Assembly (NCBI RefSeq): GCF_009914755.1
Contig: NC_060947.1
Direction: 5' to 3' (one strand)
DNA: 64,000 bases
DNA from: the human T2T-CHM13v2.0 reference genome, Homo sapiens
Positions 39,624 through 52,881 of this stretch are shown here, piece by piece (position 1 is the first letter of the stretch; each line of letters opens with the position of its first letter). The translations under genes were made by a program, and so were the position numbers. The notes under the pieces were generated by a model, which made no database searches, had not been told where the DNA came from, and worked only from the letters and a program-made list of their open reading frames with translations.

Positions 39624-39708
39624 CAAGAGGAACAGAGATCAGGTCTTATGGCAATGACCCCTGAACGGCAGAATGCATATATCTCCCAACAGATGAGTCC
39701 ATTTGAAG
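39624..39708 (+). CDS. MAMLD1: MAMLD1 85-nt dual-frame exon: (A)RGTEIRSYGNDP* (TGA 39662-39664) after the 244-nt exon, or QEEQRSGLMAMTPERQNAYISQQMSPFE when entered in phase 0
   Basis: Strong pyrimidine tract tgtctttttcatcttctgtttAG, donor AAG|GTAAGC at 39709. Adding exon lengths reproduces the 774-aa length I recall for the short isoform. Confidence 0.92.
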
Positions 39709-41665
39709 GTAAGCAGTTAAGGCCAGTGTTCCCAAAGGGGTGGGCAAGGGGTGCATATGTGGAAGTGGGGTGAGAATTCATTTCAGAGTAAGCAGTTACT
39801 GTGCTTCTGAAAGCATTGAGAAAGAGGAGATCTGAAAATCAGTTAAATAATTCATCCAACTCTAAGAGCAGGATCCCAATTGAAGGCCTGGTCTAAATGA
39901 CTCCAAAATCACCACTTAATTCAAGAGACTGATTTCCCTGAGTCAGGCCCCTTAAAGCAGCTATTTCAATGGGACAGGGAAACAACCCTAGGATCTGGAT
40001 TAGAATCACTTGGGGGCTGCCACACCCCCAGGGCTCTGATCCTGCCCTTCTCCCACACGCACATTCACATACTGCTGCAGTGACCTTCCATTTCTAATGG
40101 GTTCCTGGGCCATCTGTCAGGTATAGGGAATGGAAAAGGGGTTGGGGAGGCTCTGCTTCAGAAAGTTTGTGTCAGGGGCTCCCAGAGCCTCCACAGATAG
40201 ATAGCAGGGGTCCCCACCCTACCATGGCAGCTATAAATGTGATCAACATTTATTGGCCTAGGATACAGCAGTTAGCAAAATGCCTGATGTAGTTCCCACT
40301 CCGTGGAGGTTGCAGGCTAGCCAAGAAGTCATGAGTTCAGCAACCCTTACGCACCAGTGGGATGAGATTGGACCAGGCCGAGGGTAGTCTTGGGAACACT
40401 CAGCATTTGTCTGAGGGCCAGAAGAGGCTGCTTGCCCTCAGACAGGAGGTCAGCATCTTTATTGTAGCCCATGACACCTCTACACCATTGCTCTTCTGGT
40501 CTTATGGAAGACATCTTTGGGCCTGATAACAGCGGAGTCTGTGTCCCACTTGTCCAGGCTGGAGTGCCACATCAGGCACACTCCAGTTGCAGGGACAGCA
40601 CAGACAAGTTTCAGGAAGGCTGGTGGCCTCCAGGAGGTTAACCTTATAAGGCCAGATTGTAACCTAGTTGAAAAACATACACATGCCATGATAATAAAAG
40701 AACCTAGGCACCATTACAAGAGAAAAAATCATTTTTGTAGATACGAGCATGGATTCTTGGGTGGGTCAGACACACTGGGCTTGTGCTCTGACTGCACTGT
40801 CTCCCCTACCTGACCTTGGGTAAACCATAAGACTGCTGCATGACTCAGTGTCCACCCCAAAAAAGTACCGGTAGATATTGGCCACAGTAGATATCAGCTA
40901 GAGTGGACTCTCATGACAATGAGGGGAGATGTATTCCCCATCTTAGGCACCTGGGACTCTACCTTCCATCTTCTGCTCCGTGTCTCTCCATCCCCAGGCT
41001 CTTCAGAACTCAGGGAGTCCAGAATGTCAGCTCCCAGATTTCAGCCTTCAGAAAGGAAACCCATTACCGTTCAGTTGAACAAATGTTGTCTGAGCCCCAG
41101 ATCTGGGCTCAGAGGCCATCTAGGCTATGAGACAAGAGGGGAACAAAGCACCGTCTGCACTCACTCACCACACTCACTTGCTGTCCCAGGTCACATCCAT
41201 CGGGTAGAGAATCTAAGAGGCTGAGCTAGCTCCCGCCACCAGCCCAGCCCACCCCACCTGGCCCCTTCCTTCCTTCTACAAAATATGCACCACCTGTCAA
41301 AGGGTGGGCAGTGCCAGGCCTGCATACAGAGCACTGAGTGTAAAAGCAGACATGGACCCTGACCTCCAGGAGCTTCCAATTTTCTTGAAGAGACAAATCA
41401 GCTGGCATTTCAGTCCAGTGTGATCTGCTCTTGGTGAGCACAGACCTAGGGAGTTGGGGCAGCTTCCCAGAAGAACTGCAGTCCAGGCTGAGGGCAGAGA
41501 AATGAGGGGAATGGCGAGGAATTGGGGAGCAGGGGGGAGCTCAGTAGAGAGCCAAGGGCGGGAGGTGAGAAGTCCGTGTTGGGCCAGGAGCTACCCTCCG
41601 GTGGCCACAGCCCAAGTCGAGGATGCCTTTGGAACTCATCCCCACTTCTCTCTTTCTGTATGTAG

Positions 41666-42735
41666 CCGTCCAAGAACAAGTCACCTCCAAGTGTAGCCGG
41701 ATCAAGGCAAGCCCCCCATCTAGCAAGCACTTGATGCCACCCAGAACTGGGCTTCTTCAGAACAATCTGAGTCCAGGAATGATCCCACTCACCAGGCACC
41801 AGAGCTGCGAGGGCATGGGAGTGATCTCACCAACTCTGGGGAAGCGGCAAGGAATTTTCACCTCCAGCCCCCAGTGTCCCATCCTCTCACACTCAGGCCA
41901 GACTCCCCTGGGCAGACTTGACTCTGTCTGCCAGCATATGCAGAGTCCCAAGGCCACCCCACCAGAAGTGCCCCTGCCTGGGTTCTGTCCCAGCTCCCTG
42001 GGCACCCAGTCCTTGAGTCCCCACCAGCTCAGACGGCCTAGTGTGCCAAGAATGCCCACTGCGTTCAACAATGCTGCATGGGTCACAGCGGCAGCAGCTG
42101 TGACCACAGCAGTTTCGGGGAAAACACCCCTCAGCCAAGTGGATAATAGCGTTCAGCAGCACTCACCTTCTGGCCAGGCCTGCCTTCAGAGGCCATCTGA
42201 TTGGGAGGCACAAGTGCCCGCTGCGATGGGAACACAAGTGCCCCTGGCCAACAACCCCAGCTTCAGCCTGCTGGGCAGCCAGAGCCTCAGGCAGAGCCCG
42301 GTACAGGGCCCGGTGCCTGTAGCAAACACCACCAAGTTCCTCCAGCAGGGTATGGCCAGCTTTAGTCCCCTGAGCCCCATACAGGGCATCGAGCCACCAA
42401 GCTATGTGGCTGCTGCTGCCACCGCTGCTGCTGCTTCTGCCGTTGCTGCCAGCCAGTTCCCAGGTCCGTTCGACAGAACGGATATTCCCCCTGAGCTGCC
42501 ACCTGCCGACTTTTTGCGCCAGCCCCAACCCCCACTAAATGATCTGATTTCGTCACCTGACTGCAATGAGGTAGATTTCATTGAAGCTCTCTTGAAAGGC
42601 TCCTGTGTGAGCCCAGATGAAGACTGGGTGTGCAACTTGAGGCTGATCGACGACATTTTGGAACAGCATGCTGCTGCTCAAAATGCCACAGCCCAGAATT
42701 CTGGGCAAGTCACCCAGGATGCTGGGGCACTTTAA
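41666..42735 (+). CDS. MAMLD1: MAMLD1 last exon, coding part of the long isoform (AVQEQVTSKCSRIK...QDAGAL*); 3' UTR in the short isoform
   Basis: Acceptor cttctctctttctgtatgtAG at 41664-41665. Phase 1 joins G|CC = Ala in frame with ORF 41623..42735; stop TAA at 42733-42735; Pro/Ser/Gln/Ala composition like the large exon. Confidence 0.88.
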
Positions 42736-42985
42736 ATCTGAGCAGGATGCCCATAGAAACCCCCATGGTGACATCACTCTAGGAAGTGGTGTCGATCCAT
42801 ACCCGCAGTTGTCTCCCGTTACAATTTGAGTGGTGTTGTCAGCCCATGCTTATCCCTCTCTCTACCTGTGACAAAATGGAAAGCTGGTGATTTTTCAAGC
42901 TACGTGTACATATTTGAAAATTTTGTAAATGGTTTTCCTAAACATTAATGACAGAAGTATTTATACTTCATTTTGTGACTTTGTA

Positions 42986-42991
42986 AATAAA
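42986..42991 (+). terminator. Proximal polyadenylation signal AATAAA
   Basis: AATAAA with upstream TGTA motifs and a GT/T-rich downstream element (tagagttgtgtttac...ttgttttgtgttt). Confidence 0.65.
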
Positions 42992-43815
42992 GCGACGGCT
43001 TTTGTTTCAGTAGAGTTGTGTTTACTATGCATTGTTTTGTGTTTATTATACAATGTTACAAATATGCAGACCGTGTTGTTTGCTCCAGTGATACCTTGTT
43101 AAGCTAGGTGGCTGAGTCGCTTATGGTTTTAATGCAATGAGCAATGTGGATATGACCAAGAGTTGTTGTGCAAGTTGACAAATGCCAAATAGAAAACCAC
43201 TTGGCCATTTATTTCTATGTTCACTAAAAATCCTATTGCCTTGTGTGATTCTTAATCTCTTTTGCGAACCTTTCAGTCTCCGCTAGCTCTTTCCTAATGA
43301 GCTTTACAGCAGAAGCCGTTTTATCGTTAAGTGCCCCACAGAGACACTTTACCAGGAGGCTGGGAGAGTTCTCCAGATTTGGGAGAGGCGCAGAGACAGT
43401 GTGTGAGCCGAGCCCTGTCTCAGCAATCCACCTGGAGGAGCTAGAGTATCCTCCTCCCTTTACCATTCAGACCGAGAGAAAAAGCCCAGCTTGTGTGCAC
43501 CCTCGTGGGGTTAAGGCGAGCTGTTCCTGGTTTAAAGCCTTTCAGTATTTGTTTTGATGTAAGGCTCTGTGGTTTGGGGGGGAACATCTGTAAACATTAT
43601 TAGTTGATTTGGGGTTTGTCTTTGATGGTTTCTATCTGCAATTATCGTCATGTATATTTAAGTGTCTGTTATAGAAAACCCACACCCACTGTCCTGTAAA
43701 CTTTTCTCAGTGTCCAGACTTTCTGTAATCACATTTTAATTGCCACCTCGTATTTCACCTCTACATTTGAAATCTGGCGTCTGTTTCAAGCCAGTGTGTT
43801 TTTTCTTCGTTCTGT

Positions 43816-43821
43816 AATAAA
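43816..43821 (+). terminator. Distal polyadenylation signal AATAAA
   Basis: TGTAATAAA followed ~25 nt later by T-rich tatgtttttatttttc. Confidence 0.7.
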
Positions 43822-45249
43822 CAGCCAGGAGAAAAGTGCCTCTATGTTTTTATTTTTCAAGGGAGTATTCAGTACCTACAAACCCAAGTCAGGAAGCCTG
43901 CTAGTGGCTTTGGTTCTTTCAGAGGCTGCTCGATGCCTTGTGTGTCAGAAAGAAAGATTCAGCAGTTTTGCATCATGGCAAAGAAGCCTGTTATTTTGGG
44001 GCTCAGCCCCTCATTTTATAGAGGATGAAACAGAGGGGGATGGGAGGTCACAAAGACAACTGCCCCGGGAGCAGGTGTGGGGGAGACTTGCCCTGAGGGT
44101 CTAGACTCTCTGCACCACCGTCCTGTCTCCCTTGCTGAAGACCACACATGCCCTTCTTTGACCAGACCCTGCCACCTGATAGGCCAGGACCTGGTAGGCG
44201 GGTACCCAGGTTTCATGGATGGAACCACATCTCCCCAAAAGTGGGGAGGTAGCTACTGGGATGCACGCCTCCCGCCATGTACTATAGGAGAGCAGCTGAA
44301 GCAACAGTTGGGATCAGATGTAGTCACAATTGAATGCATCATCACATTTATCCCTCTAAGTGGCTGGGAGAGTTGATATCCTCATCCCTAAGGTACAAAA
44401 TGTTCCAATTTGATCAGTGGCTTTCAGGAGCTGAGAAAGGCATGTGCTCTGAGGCAGAGCTGTTATGTCCCGCAGAGCCTAAAAATGCTCTAAGAACATG
44501 CTCCCTGCCAAAATTCTCAATGGCTGTGACAAGGGACAACGATCGACCAATGGGGGTGGAAGCAGACCTCCGCAGTCCAGGGGCCAGAGCTAGGACAGAG
44601 GGGTCGGAGAAAGAGTCATTTTCCCAACACTCCAGCTCTTGGCCAGTCCTCACACAGTCCCCTCCTGCTTCCTGCTGAGAGAGATATCCTCATAGGTCTG
44701 GGTAAAGTCCTTCAGTCAGCTTTCATTCCCTGTCACCAACTTTGTCTCTGTTCTCCCTGCCCGTCTCAGGCAGCACTCCTCAGGAAACCTCTCCAAGAGC
44801 CAGCCTCACTGCAGCGCCCACTATTGTCCCTCTGCCTCAAGTGTCCCATCCATGCCAGGCCCCAGGCAGGCTGCAGCTTTCCCTCAGGGCCACACCAAAG
44901 CACTTGGGCTCAGCTGTGCTGTCCCCCTCCATCACTGAGCTCAGGGGCAGCAGGGGTGGGGTGCCAGGAGGCCCATTCACCCTTCTCTGGCTCTGTGTTG
45001 GACCCACCTGCCCAGCCACTGCTGCTTAGAACCTACCCGCTGGGAAAATGAAGCCCTCCCGGAGGGGCCACCTCAACCTGAGAGCCTCACGGATCACAGT
45101 TGTCCCCACTCAGCTCTGCCAGCCCTCAGAGACCCATAGATAAAAGCTGAGCTTGGCTCGCAGAGCTGGTTCCATCTTCCATTCCCAGAGGGTTCAACTT
45201 CCTACCCCAACCACACAGGGAACCTCAAGGCTGAGCCAGTGTGGGCTGC

Positions 45250-45870
45250 AGTGCAGACCAGCTTCCTGGACACGTCCTGCCACCTGACCCCAGGCTGGCC
45301 TCACTGCCCCTGGCACTCCTGACCCTATCCTCATTCCTCCTGGCAGTGCGTGTTCTGCCATTCCGCTTTCCCTTAGCTGTCCTCTCACTGTACTGTCAGC
45401 TTCTCCTTTTCCAGGTGCCCCCCAGGGGCTTTCCACATGACCCTGTCACCCCACAGCCCATCCAGCACCAATTCCAGCTCTCTGCCACCCTTCAAAGGAG
45501 TGACAGTGCCCTGCTTCACCTCCCACTCACCCCTCAACCCAGAGCAATCTGGCTCCAGTCTTGCCTCCTTCCCCCTAAGTACTCTAGTCACAGTTCCAAA
45601 TTCCTCCTGGTCATAAAGCCAAATGAAGCTTCCTGGTCCTCAGCGGACTTGCCACTTCAGCAGTACTGGACTCTCTCCTCCCAGAAACCTGTTTCCCCTT
45701 GGCTCCTGGAGCCCACACTCTGCTGGAATCCTTCTGCCTCTCTGGCCTGTAGCCTGGCCCTCTCTCCCAACCTGAGGTCCATTCTCTCCTGCTCCTCCAC
45801 AAGATGTTGCTCCTTCCATTACTTCCTCCCTCTCAACCAAAGCTCCTTCATTAGCTCTTTATCTTCTGGT
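45250..45870 (+). mobile_element. Degraded L2 LINE fragment
   Basis: C/T-rich L2 ORF2-like text (ctctctcctcccagaaacctgtttccccttggctcc...cacactctgctgg...ctctctggcc). Confidence 0.55.
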
Positions 45871-45910
45871 TTCTTCCCCTGGGCAGACGAATGGATTCAA
45901 GAGCCTGTGG

Positions 45911-46721
45911 CCCAGCAGCCCAGCACTCCAGGATCTCAGCACTTCAGCATCCCAGTACCCTAGCATCTCAATACCCCAGCACCCCAGCACCATAGTATTC
46001 CAGCACCCCATTGTCCAAGCATCTCAGCACTCCAGCATCCCAGCACCCCAACACTCCAGCAGCCCAGAATCTCAGCACCCTAGCACTGCAGCATCTCAGG
46101 ACCCCAGCACTTCAGCATCCCAGCACACTAGTACTCCAGCATCTCGGCACCCCAGCACCTAGGCATCCCAACACCCAGCACCCCAGCACTTAAGCATCCC
46201 ACCACTACAGTATCTCAACACTCCAGCACCCCAGCACCATAGTGTTCCAGCACCCCAGCATCCCAACACCCCAGCACTTAAGCATCCCAACACCTCGGCA
46301 TCCCAACACCCCAGCACTGCAGCATCTCAGCACCTTAGCATCCCAGTGCCCTAGCATCTCAACGCTCCAGCACACCAGTACTACAGTATTCCAGCACCCC
46401 AGCACTCCAGCATCTCAGCACTGCAGCACTGCAGCACTCCAGCATCCCAAAATCCCAGCATCCCAACACCCCAGCAGACCAGCAGACCAGCATCTCAGCA
46501 CCGCAGCATCCAAGGACTATCCCAGCATCCCAGCAACCCAGCACCTCAGCATCCCAACACCCCAGCATTTCAGCATGGCAACACCCCAGTACCCCAGCAC
46601 TTCAGCACCCCAGTATCCCAGCATCTCAGCGACCCAGTATCACAAAACCTCAGCATCCTAGCACCCCAGCACCCCAGCACCTTAGCACCTTAGCATCCCA
46701 GCATCTCAGCGCCTCAGCATC
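45911..46721. repeat. Degenerate 8-bp tandem repeat, consensus CCCAGCAC/CTCAGCAT, roughly 100 units
   Basis: Continuous 8-nt periodicity, e.g. cagcacccCAGCACTTaagcatccCAACACCC. Confidence 0.95.
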
Positions 46722-47446
46722 TTGATATTCTGGCTGAGGTCAGCGTGGTGTATCTAGTCAGGGTCCTAACTTTCACTTCGCAGGGAAATGCTGCTGGACT
46801 GGTTCTCATGTTGGGCTGAAGCTCTCTAGACCCCTTGAAGACAGCATAAAAGAGCTTGGAGACGCTGGGTGTCCCCCATGGAAGAGTTCACTCTCATCCT
46901 GCTTTGACAACAGCCTTCTCTGGGGTCCCTCACGGGCCCCTCTTTCTTACTGCAAGTTTGTCTCTGAGAAGACTGTGATGCAGAAGTCACTCAGCTGCCT
47001 GTGGCTCCTGAAGAGCTGAAGGTGGAGGCCTGTAGGCCTCCCTATGAGAGGCGCAGAAAAAACCATGATTGCTAGTGGGGAGGTGCTCCCTCTACAACCC
47101 ACTCCATAATCTGCCCCCGCCCAGCTCTGAGGCCAGCCCCAGGGGAAAATGCCAGATCCCCAGGGAGGTGTGTGAGACCTCAGGGGCTCCCTCCTCCCTT
47201 ACAGCAGGCTCAGGCCCCTGGGGGCCTCAGGGCCAAGGTCTGTGGGTAAGCTACTATCTCTCACTTGTCCTCTAGCCACAAAAGCCAGGGAGATCTGGCA
47301 ATGGACATGAGGTTCTGAAGAAGCACATATGACTGGCTTCCTAATGCGTGGTTGTTCAGTGATTCAATAAACACACATGGGCCAGGCATGGGGAAATAGA
47401 CAAACATGATCCCCAACCTCTCCCAGAGTGAACTGGGAGGGAGGAG

Positions 47447-47844
47447 TGTTCATCCCTCAGGATTACACCAGAGAAACAAACCAGCAGGAGATATATATGG
47501 TTTTGGGGGGTCAACAAAGAGGAAAAACCTGGCAAGGCAAGTCCAAAATCATAGGACAGGCTGTCAGGAAGGGCAGCCTGGAACCTCTCAAGCAGGAGCT
47601 GATGCTGCAGTCCACAGGCAGAATTTCTTCTTCCTCGGGGAAATCTCAGCTTTGTTCTTAAGGCCTTTCAACTGATTGGCTGAGGTCTGCCCCTTCCCCC
47701 ACATTCTCCAGGATAATCTTCCTTACTTAAAGTCAACTATTAATCACAGCTACAAAATCCCTTCACAGCTACACATAGATCAGTGTTTGATTGACGAACA
47801 GCCCCTACAGCCTAGCCAAGTTGACACATAAAACTAACCATCAC
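47447..47844 (-). mobile_element. MLT2-family (ERVL) solo LTR
   Basis: ccagagaaacaaaccagcaggagatatata ... agcctagccaagttgacacataaaactaaccatcaca. Confidence 0.85.
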
Positions 47845-49092
47845 AGGGGGACAAATGATGTAAACACATCAACAAATAAAACAGTAACAAGTTAAGGTCT
47901 ATGGAAAAAACACAGAAGGGGCAGAGAGAAAGAAAGCAAGAAGGAGAGTCCCAGTTTGCTAGGGCTTGTGGGAAGTGGGGAGCAGTTCTCTTTAGCTAGG
48001 ATATTTGGGAAAGGCATATCTGAAGGAGTGATATTTGAGCTTAGATTAAAAGATGGGAAGGAGCAAGCCATGCAAAGAGCTAGGATGTTCCAAGCAGAGA
48101 CGGAACAGCAAGTGCAAATGTCAGGAGGAATAGAAGGAGGCTGGTGGGTGGGGTCCAGTGAGCAAGAGGAGGGCAGGCAGGAGAGGGGATGGGGAGGTGG
48201 GCAGGCCCAGACCACCCAGGGCCCTGGAGACTATCCTGATCCAACAAGGGAAGCCTTGAGTCACTTCAGTGTCCATGTGGAGAATGGACCTCAGACTGAA
48301 TGAGGGAGGCAGTAAGGAGGGCCTCTACCTCCAGGGCTTCGCCCTGTGGACTGCGCATAGACATCTCCAACTCAGAAAGTCTGAACCAAACTTTCCATAG
48401 TTCCCCCAAGTCTGGGCATCCTCCTACTCAGTGAAAGGCAGCCATCACACCTCCCTGCCCTGCTCCCGGATGCCCCAAATCCTCTTGGTCTCCAAGTCCA
48501 GAACCTGAGACTTGTCCTTGATGTTTGTCTTTCCCTCACCCTTTCTGTATTCTGGGAAGATGGGGTTTTTTCCCCCAGATGAATCTGTAAAACTTCTGTG
48601 ATCACAATAAAAATTCTGGCAGTATTATTTTCTGGAACATGACAAAGTGATTCAAAATTATTTATCTGGAAGACTACAAAACAAGAATAGCCAGGAAATT
48701 TCTAAAAAGAAAGAAGAAGGAGGAGGAGAAAGAAGGAGGAGGAAAAGGAGGAGAAGAAGAAAAGAAAAAGAACCAAGAAAGGGTTCTAGCTCTACCAAAT
48801 ATTAAAACATATCATGAAGCTATTTAAAACAATATGGTTGTGGATACTGAAAAAGATGTGAATAAAGTGGAAGGAAAATAAATAGAAATGCACATGGGGA
48901 TTGAGACTGTGAAAAAGGCAGCATCTCACATCAGTGAGGGATGTTCAACACCTGGTGTTGGGAAAACTGGCTAGTCATTTAAACCAAACAACTGGGTCCT
49001 CTACCTCACTCCTGACATTAAGATACATTTAGATGATTCAAAGAGTAAGACAGAAAAAATAACACGTGAAAACACTATCAGAAAACAACGTG

Positions 49093-49549
<457 letters not shown>

Positions 49550-49679
49550 TCAGAGAAAAAACATTGCAATTCAGGACACACAGAGGCTATTGTTCCTAAT
49601 ATTTAAAAATAAAAGTAGTGGATTGTCTACAAAAAGATGAAGACAAGAATTTCAGAAAACCAAATACTGCATGTTTTCA

Positions 49680-50201
<522 letters not shown>

Positions 50202-50446
50202 CTAAAATAAAAGTTGGAAAAAAATATAGAAATTTTCTTTGTAATAGCCACAAACTGCAAACAGCCCAGGTGTCTATTAGTAGAATGCATAAACAAACTC
50301 GGGCATGTTCATACAATGTAAAACTACTCATCAATAAAAAGTGATACTTCTCAGCAATGAAAAGAAACTAGCTACTGATACCAGCTACAACATGGATGGA
50401 TTTCAAGTGCTTTATGATGAGAGCAAGAAGCCAGACACAAAAGTGT

Positions 50447-51163
50447 CTATATATATATATATACAGTATATATACGTATATACATACGTATATATACTGT
50501 ATATATACACATATATACAGTATATATATACATATACATGTATATATATACTGTATATATACTGTATATATATACACAGTGTATATATACATATATACAG
50601 TGTATATATACTGTATGTATATATACATGTATATATGTATACTGTATATATATACAGTATATATATACATACAGTATATATACTGTATATATACGTATAT
50701 ATACTATATATACATATATACAGTATATATATGTGTATATACAGTATATATGTATACTGTATATACATATATACAGTATATATATACAGTATATATACAG
50801 TATATATACATATATACAGTATATATATACAGTATATATACAGTATATATACATATATACAGTGTATATATATACAGTATATATACTGTATATATACATA
50901 TATACAGTATATATATATACAGTATATATACTGTATATATACATATATACAGTATATATATACAGTGTATATACTGTATATATACACATATATACAGTAT
51001 ATATATACAGTGTATATACTGTATATATACACATATATACAGTATATATATATACAAGTATATACTGTATATATACATATATACAGTATATATGTAAATA
51101 TACATATATACATGTATATATATACACTATATATATACATATATACATGTATATATTTACTAT
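50447..51163. repeat. TA-rich complex simple repeat (TATATACAG/TATATACTG/TATACA units), ~715 bp
   Basis: Directly visible; accounts for the six-frame Tyr/Ile-rich ORFs. Confidence 0.97.
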
Positions 51164-52881
51164 ATGATTCCATTTATATAAAGTGCCAAAACAGTCAAAA
51201 ATAATCTATGTGGAAAAAATCAACAAAGGGATCCTCTGGGTGACAATGGGGTTGACCGGAAAGGGGCTAAAGGGAAGTTTCTGGGGTAATAGTAGGGTCT
51301 ATATCTTGATAGGGTTATGGGCTACCCAGGTGCATGTATGTGTTTGCCAAAACTCAGAGAATGGTTTCCTTAAGAGCTGAGCATCTGCTTGTAAGTAAAT
51401 TTTACCTACAATAGAAAAATCTGAAATGAATATTGAACTCTAGTTAATGATCTGCTGGAGTGCTTAGGGATGAAGTGTACTGATGCCTGCAACTTACTTT
51501 CATTAAATAAACAAAGATGGTTGATGAATGGATAGAGGGATAGGTAGAGAAATAGGTGATAAAGCAAGTAGAGTAACATCTTAATTGTAGACTCTAGGAG
51601 CAGGGTCTATGGGGATCCACTGTACCTTTCTTCACACTGTTCTAAATATTTGGAGATTTTCATAATAAAATATTGGGGGAAGATAATTTTTAAATACAGA
51701 GGTACTTTTCAAGTACAAATCCAGCAATTGGAGGTGGAAGAAAACAGCCAGAGACCAAGTTTGTATTTGGGAGAAGAAAGAGGGATGGCATTTAATTTTC
51801 CTACAACCGCTTTTCTGAAGCCAGTATAACTTAGCATGAAACCAGGGGAAGAATTCAACAGCTACTTGTGAATGGATAGAGGGATAGGTAGATAAATAGA
51901 TGAAATGAAACAACCAAACAGAATAGTTCACCTATTCTGACAACATTTTACAGAAACTGACTCAACCCGTTGTTCAGCTGTTTTGCTCACCTGAATTAAC
52001 CCTGTATTTTTCATATTTTCAAAATTGTTCTGTTTAAAATTGTTTCCATTTTTATCTTCTTAGTTAAATTACCTCAATAAACATTTATTCATTTGTATGT
52101 ACTACATAAGAAACGGAGGCAGAGCTCTTTCAAAACAATAAGAAAAAGATGAATCACCCAATAAGGAGGAAATGAACAAATGACATGAACCATCACTTAA
52201 TAGGAGAAATACAAATTGCCAACGAATCATAGAGGACCTTAAACCTCCCTCATAATGAAAAGAATGCCAGTAAGACCAATGATGCCCTGTCATGTCATTT
52301 CTATCAGATTAGTCCCCAAAGTAACAACTGATAATAGCCAATGTAGATGAAGCATGAGAACACAGGCCCTCCCTCTCCTTCACTGTTGATTGGAGGGCAA
52401 ACACATGTAACTGTTGTAGGGGCAGTCTGGTAATTCTTGGGACACCTACAACTTTGGTGGTTGTGCCTCAGAGTCACCTGTGGAGCTTTTGATAATACAC
52501 CTGCCCTGGGTCCTAACCTCGAAGAGAATCTATTTTTCCCTACTGCCTGTATAATTGCAGTATAATTTTAAGCTCCAGGATAGAGGTAAACTGATTTGGC
52601 TTTTGACATGATAAAAATGTGTTATAGAGAAAACTTGCATGGGCATTCGAAGATGCATGCACAAAGTTGTGGATTACAGCATCGTTTGACCTAGCCAAAA
52701 ATTAGAAAATTCCCATGTCCAAAACAGGGACTGGTTAATGCCATTCAGTGGAGTATTATGCAGCTGTTAAAAAGCATGCAGGACTTACCATGTGTTGGAA
52801 GTCTGGTTTCCACTCCCCAAACTAGGCTGGAATTCTTTCCAGGCCAACCTGTACCAATTTGAGAGCCTCAAGCATCACCTT

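Larger units (their letters stand above)
42736..43840 (+). other. MAMLD1: MAMLD1 3' UTR
   Basis: U-rich, repeat-free sequence after the stop codon, containing two AATAAA signals; 3' end approximate. Confidence 0.75.

Noticed and set aside
41623-41665. ORF 41623..42735 as a stand-alone gene starting at its own ATG
   Set aside because: The first 14 codons are the pyrimidine tract and acceptor; the frame joins the upstream exon in phase.
45241-45963. 240-aa ORF
   Set aside because: Non-ATG start, overlaps a C/T-rich degraded L2 fragment, no recognisable protein.
46011-46661. Periodic LQHPSTPA-type ORFs; possible CRISPR-like array
   Set aside because: Translations of an 8-bp tandem repeat with no unique spacers, in eukaryotic DNA.
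50341-51204. Long Tyr/Ile-rich ORFs on both strands
   Set aside because: Artefacts of the stop-poor TA repeat.
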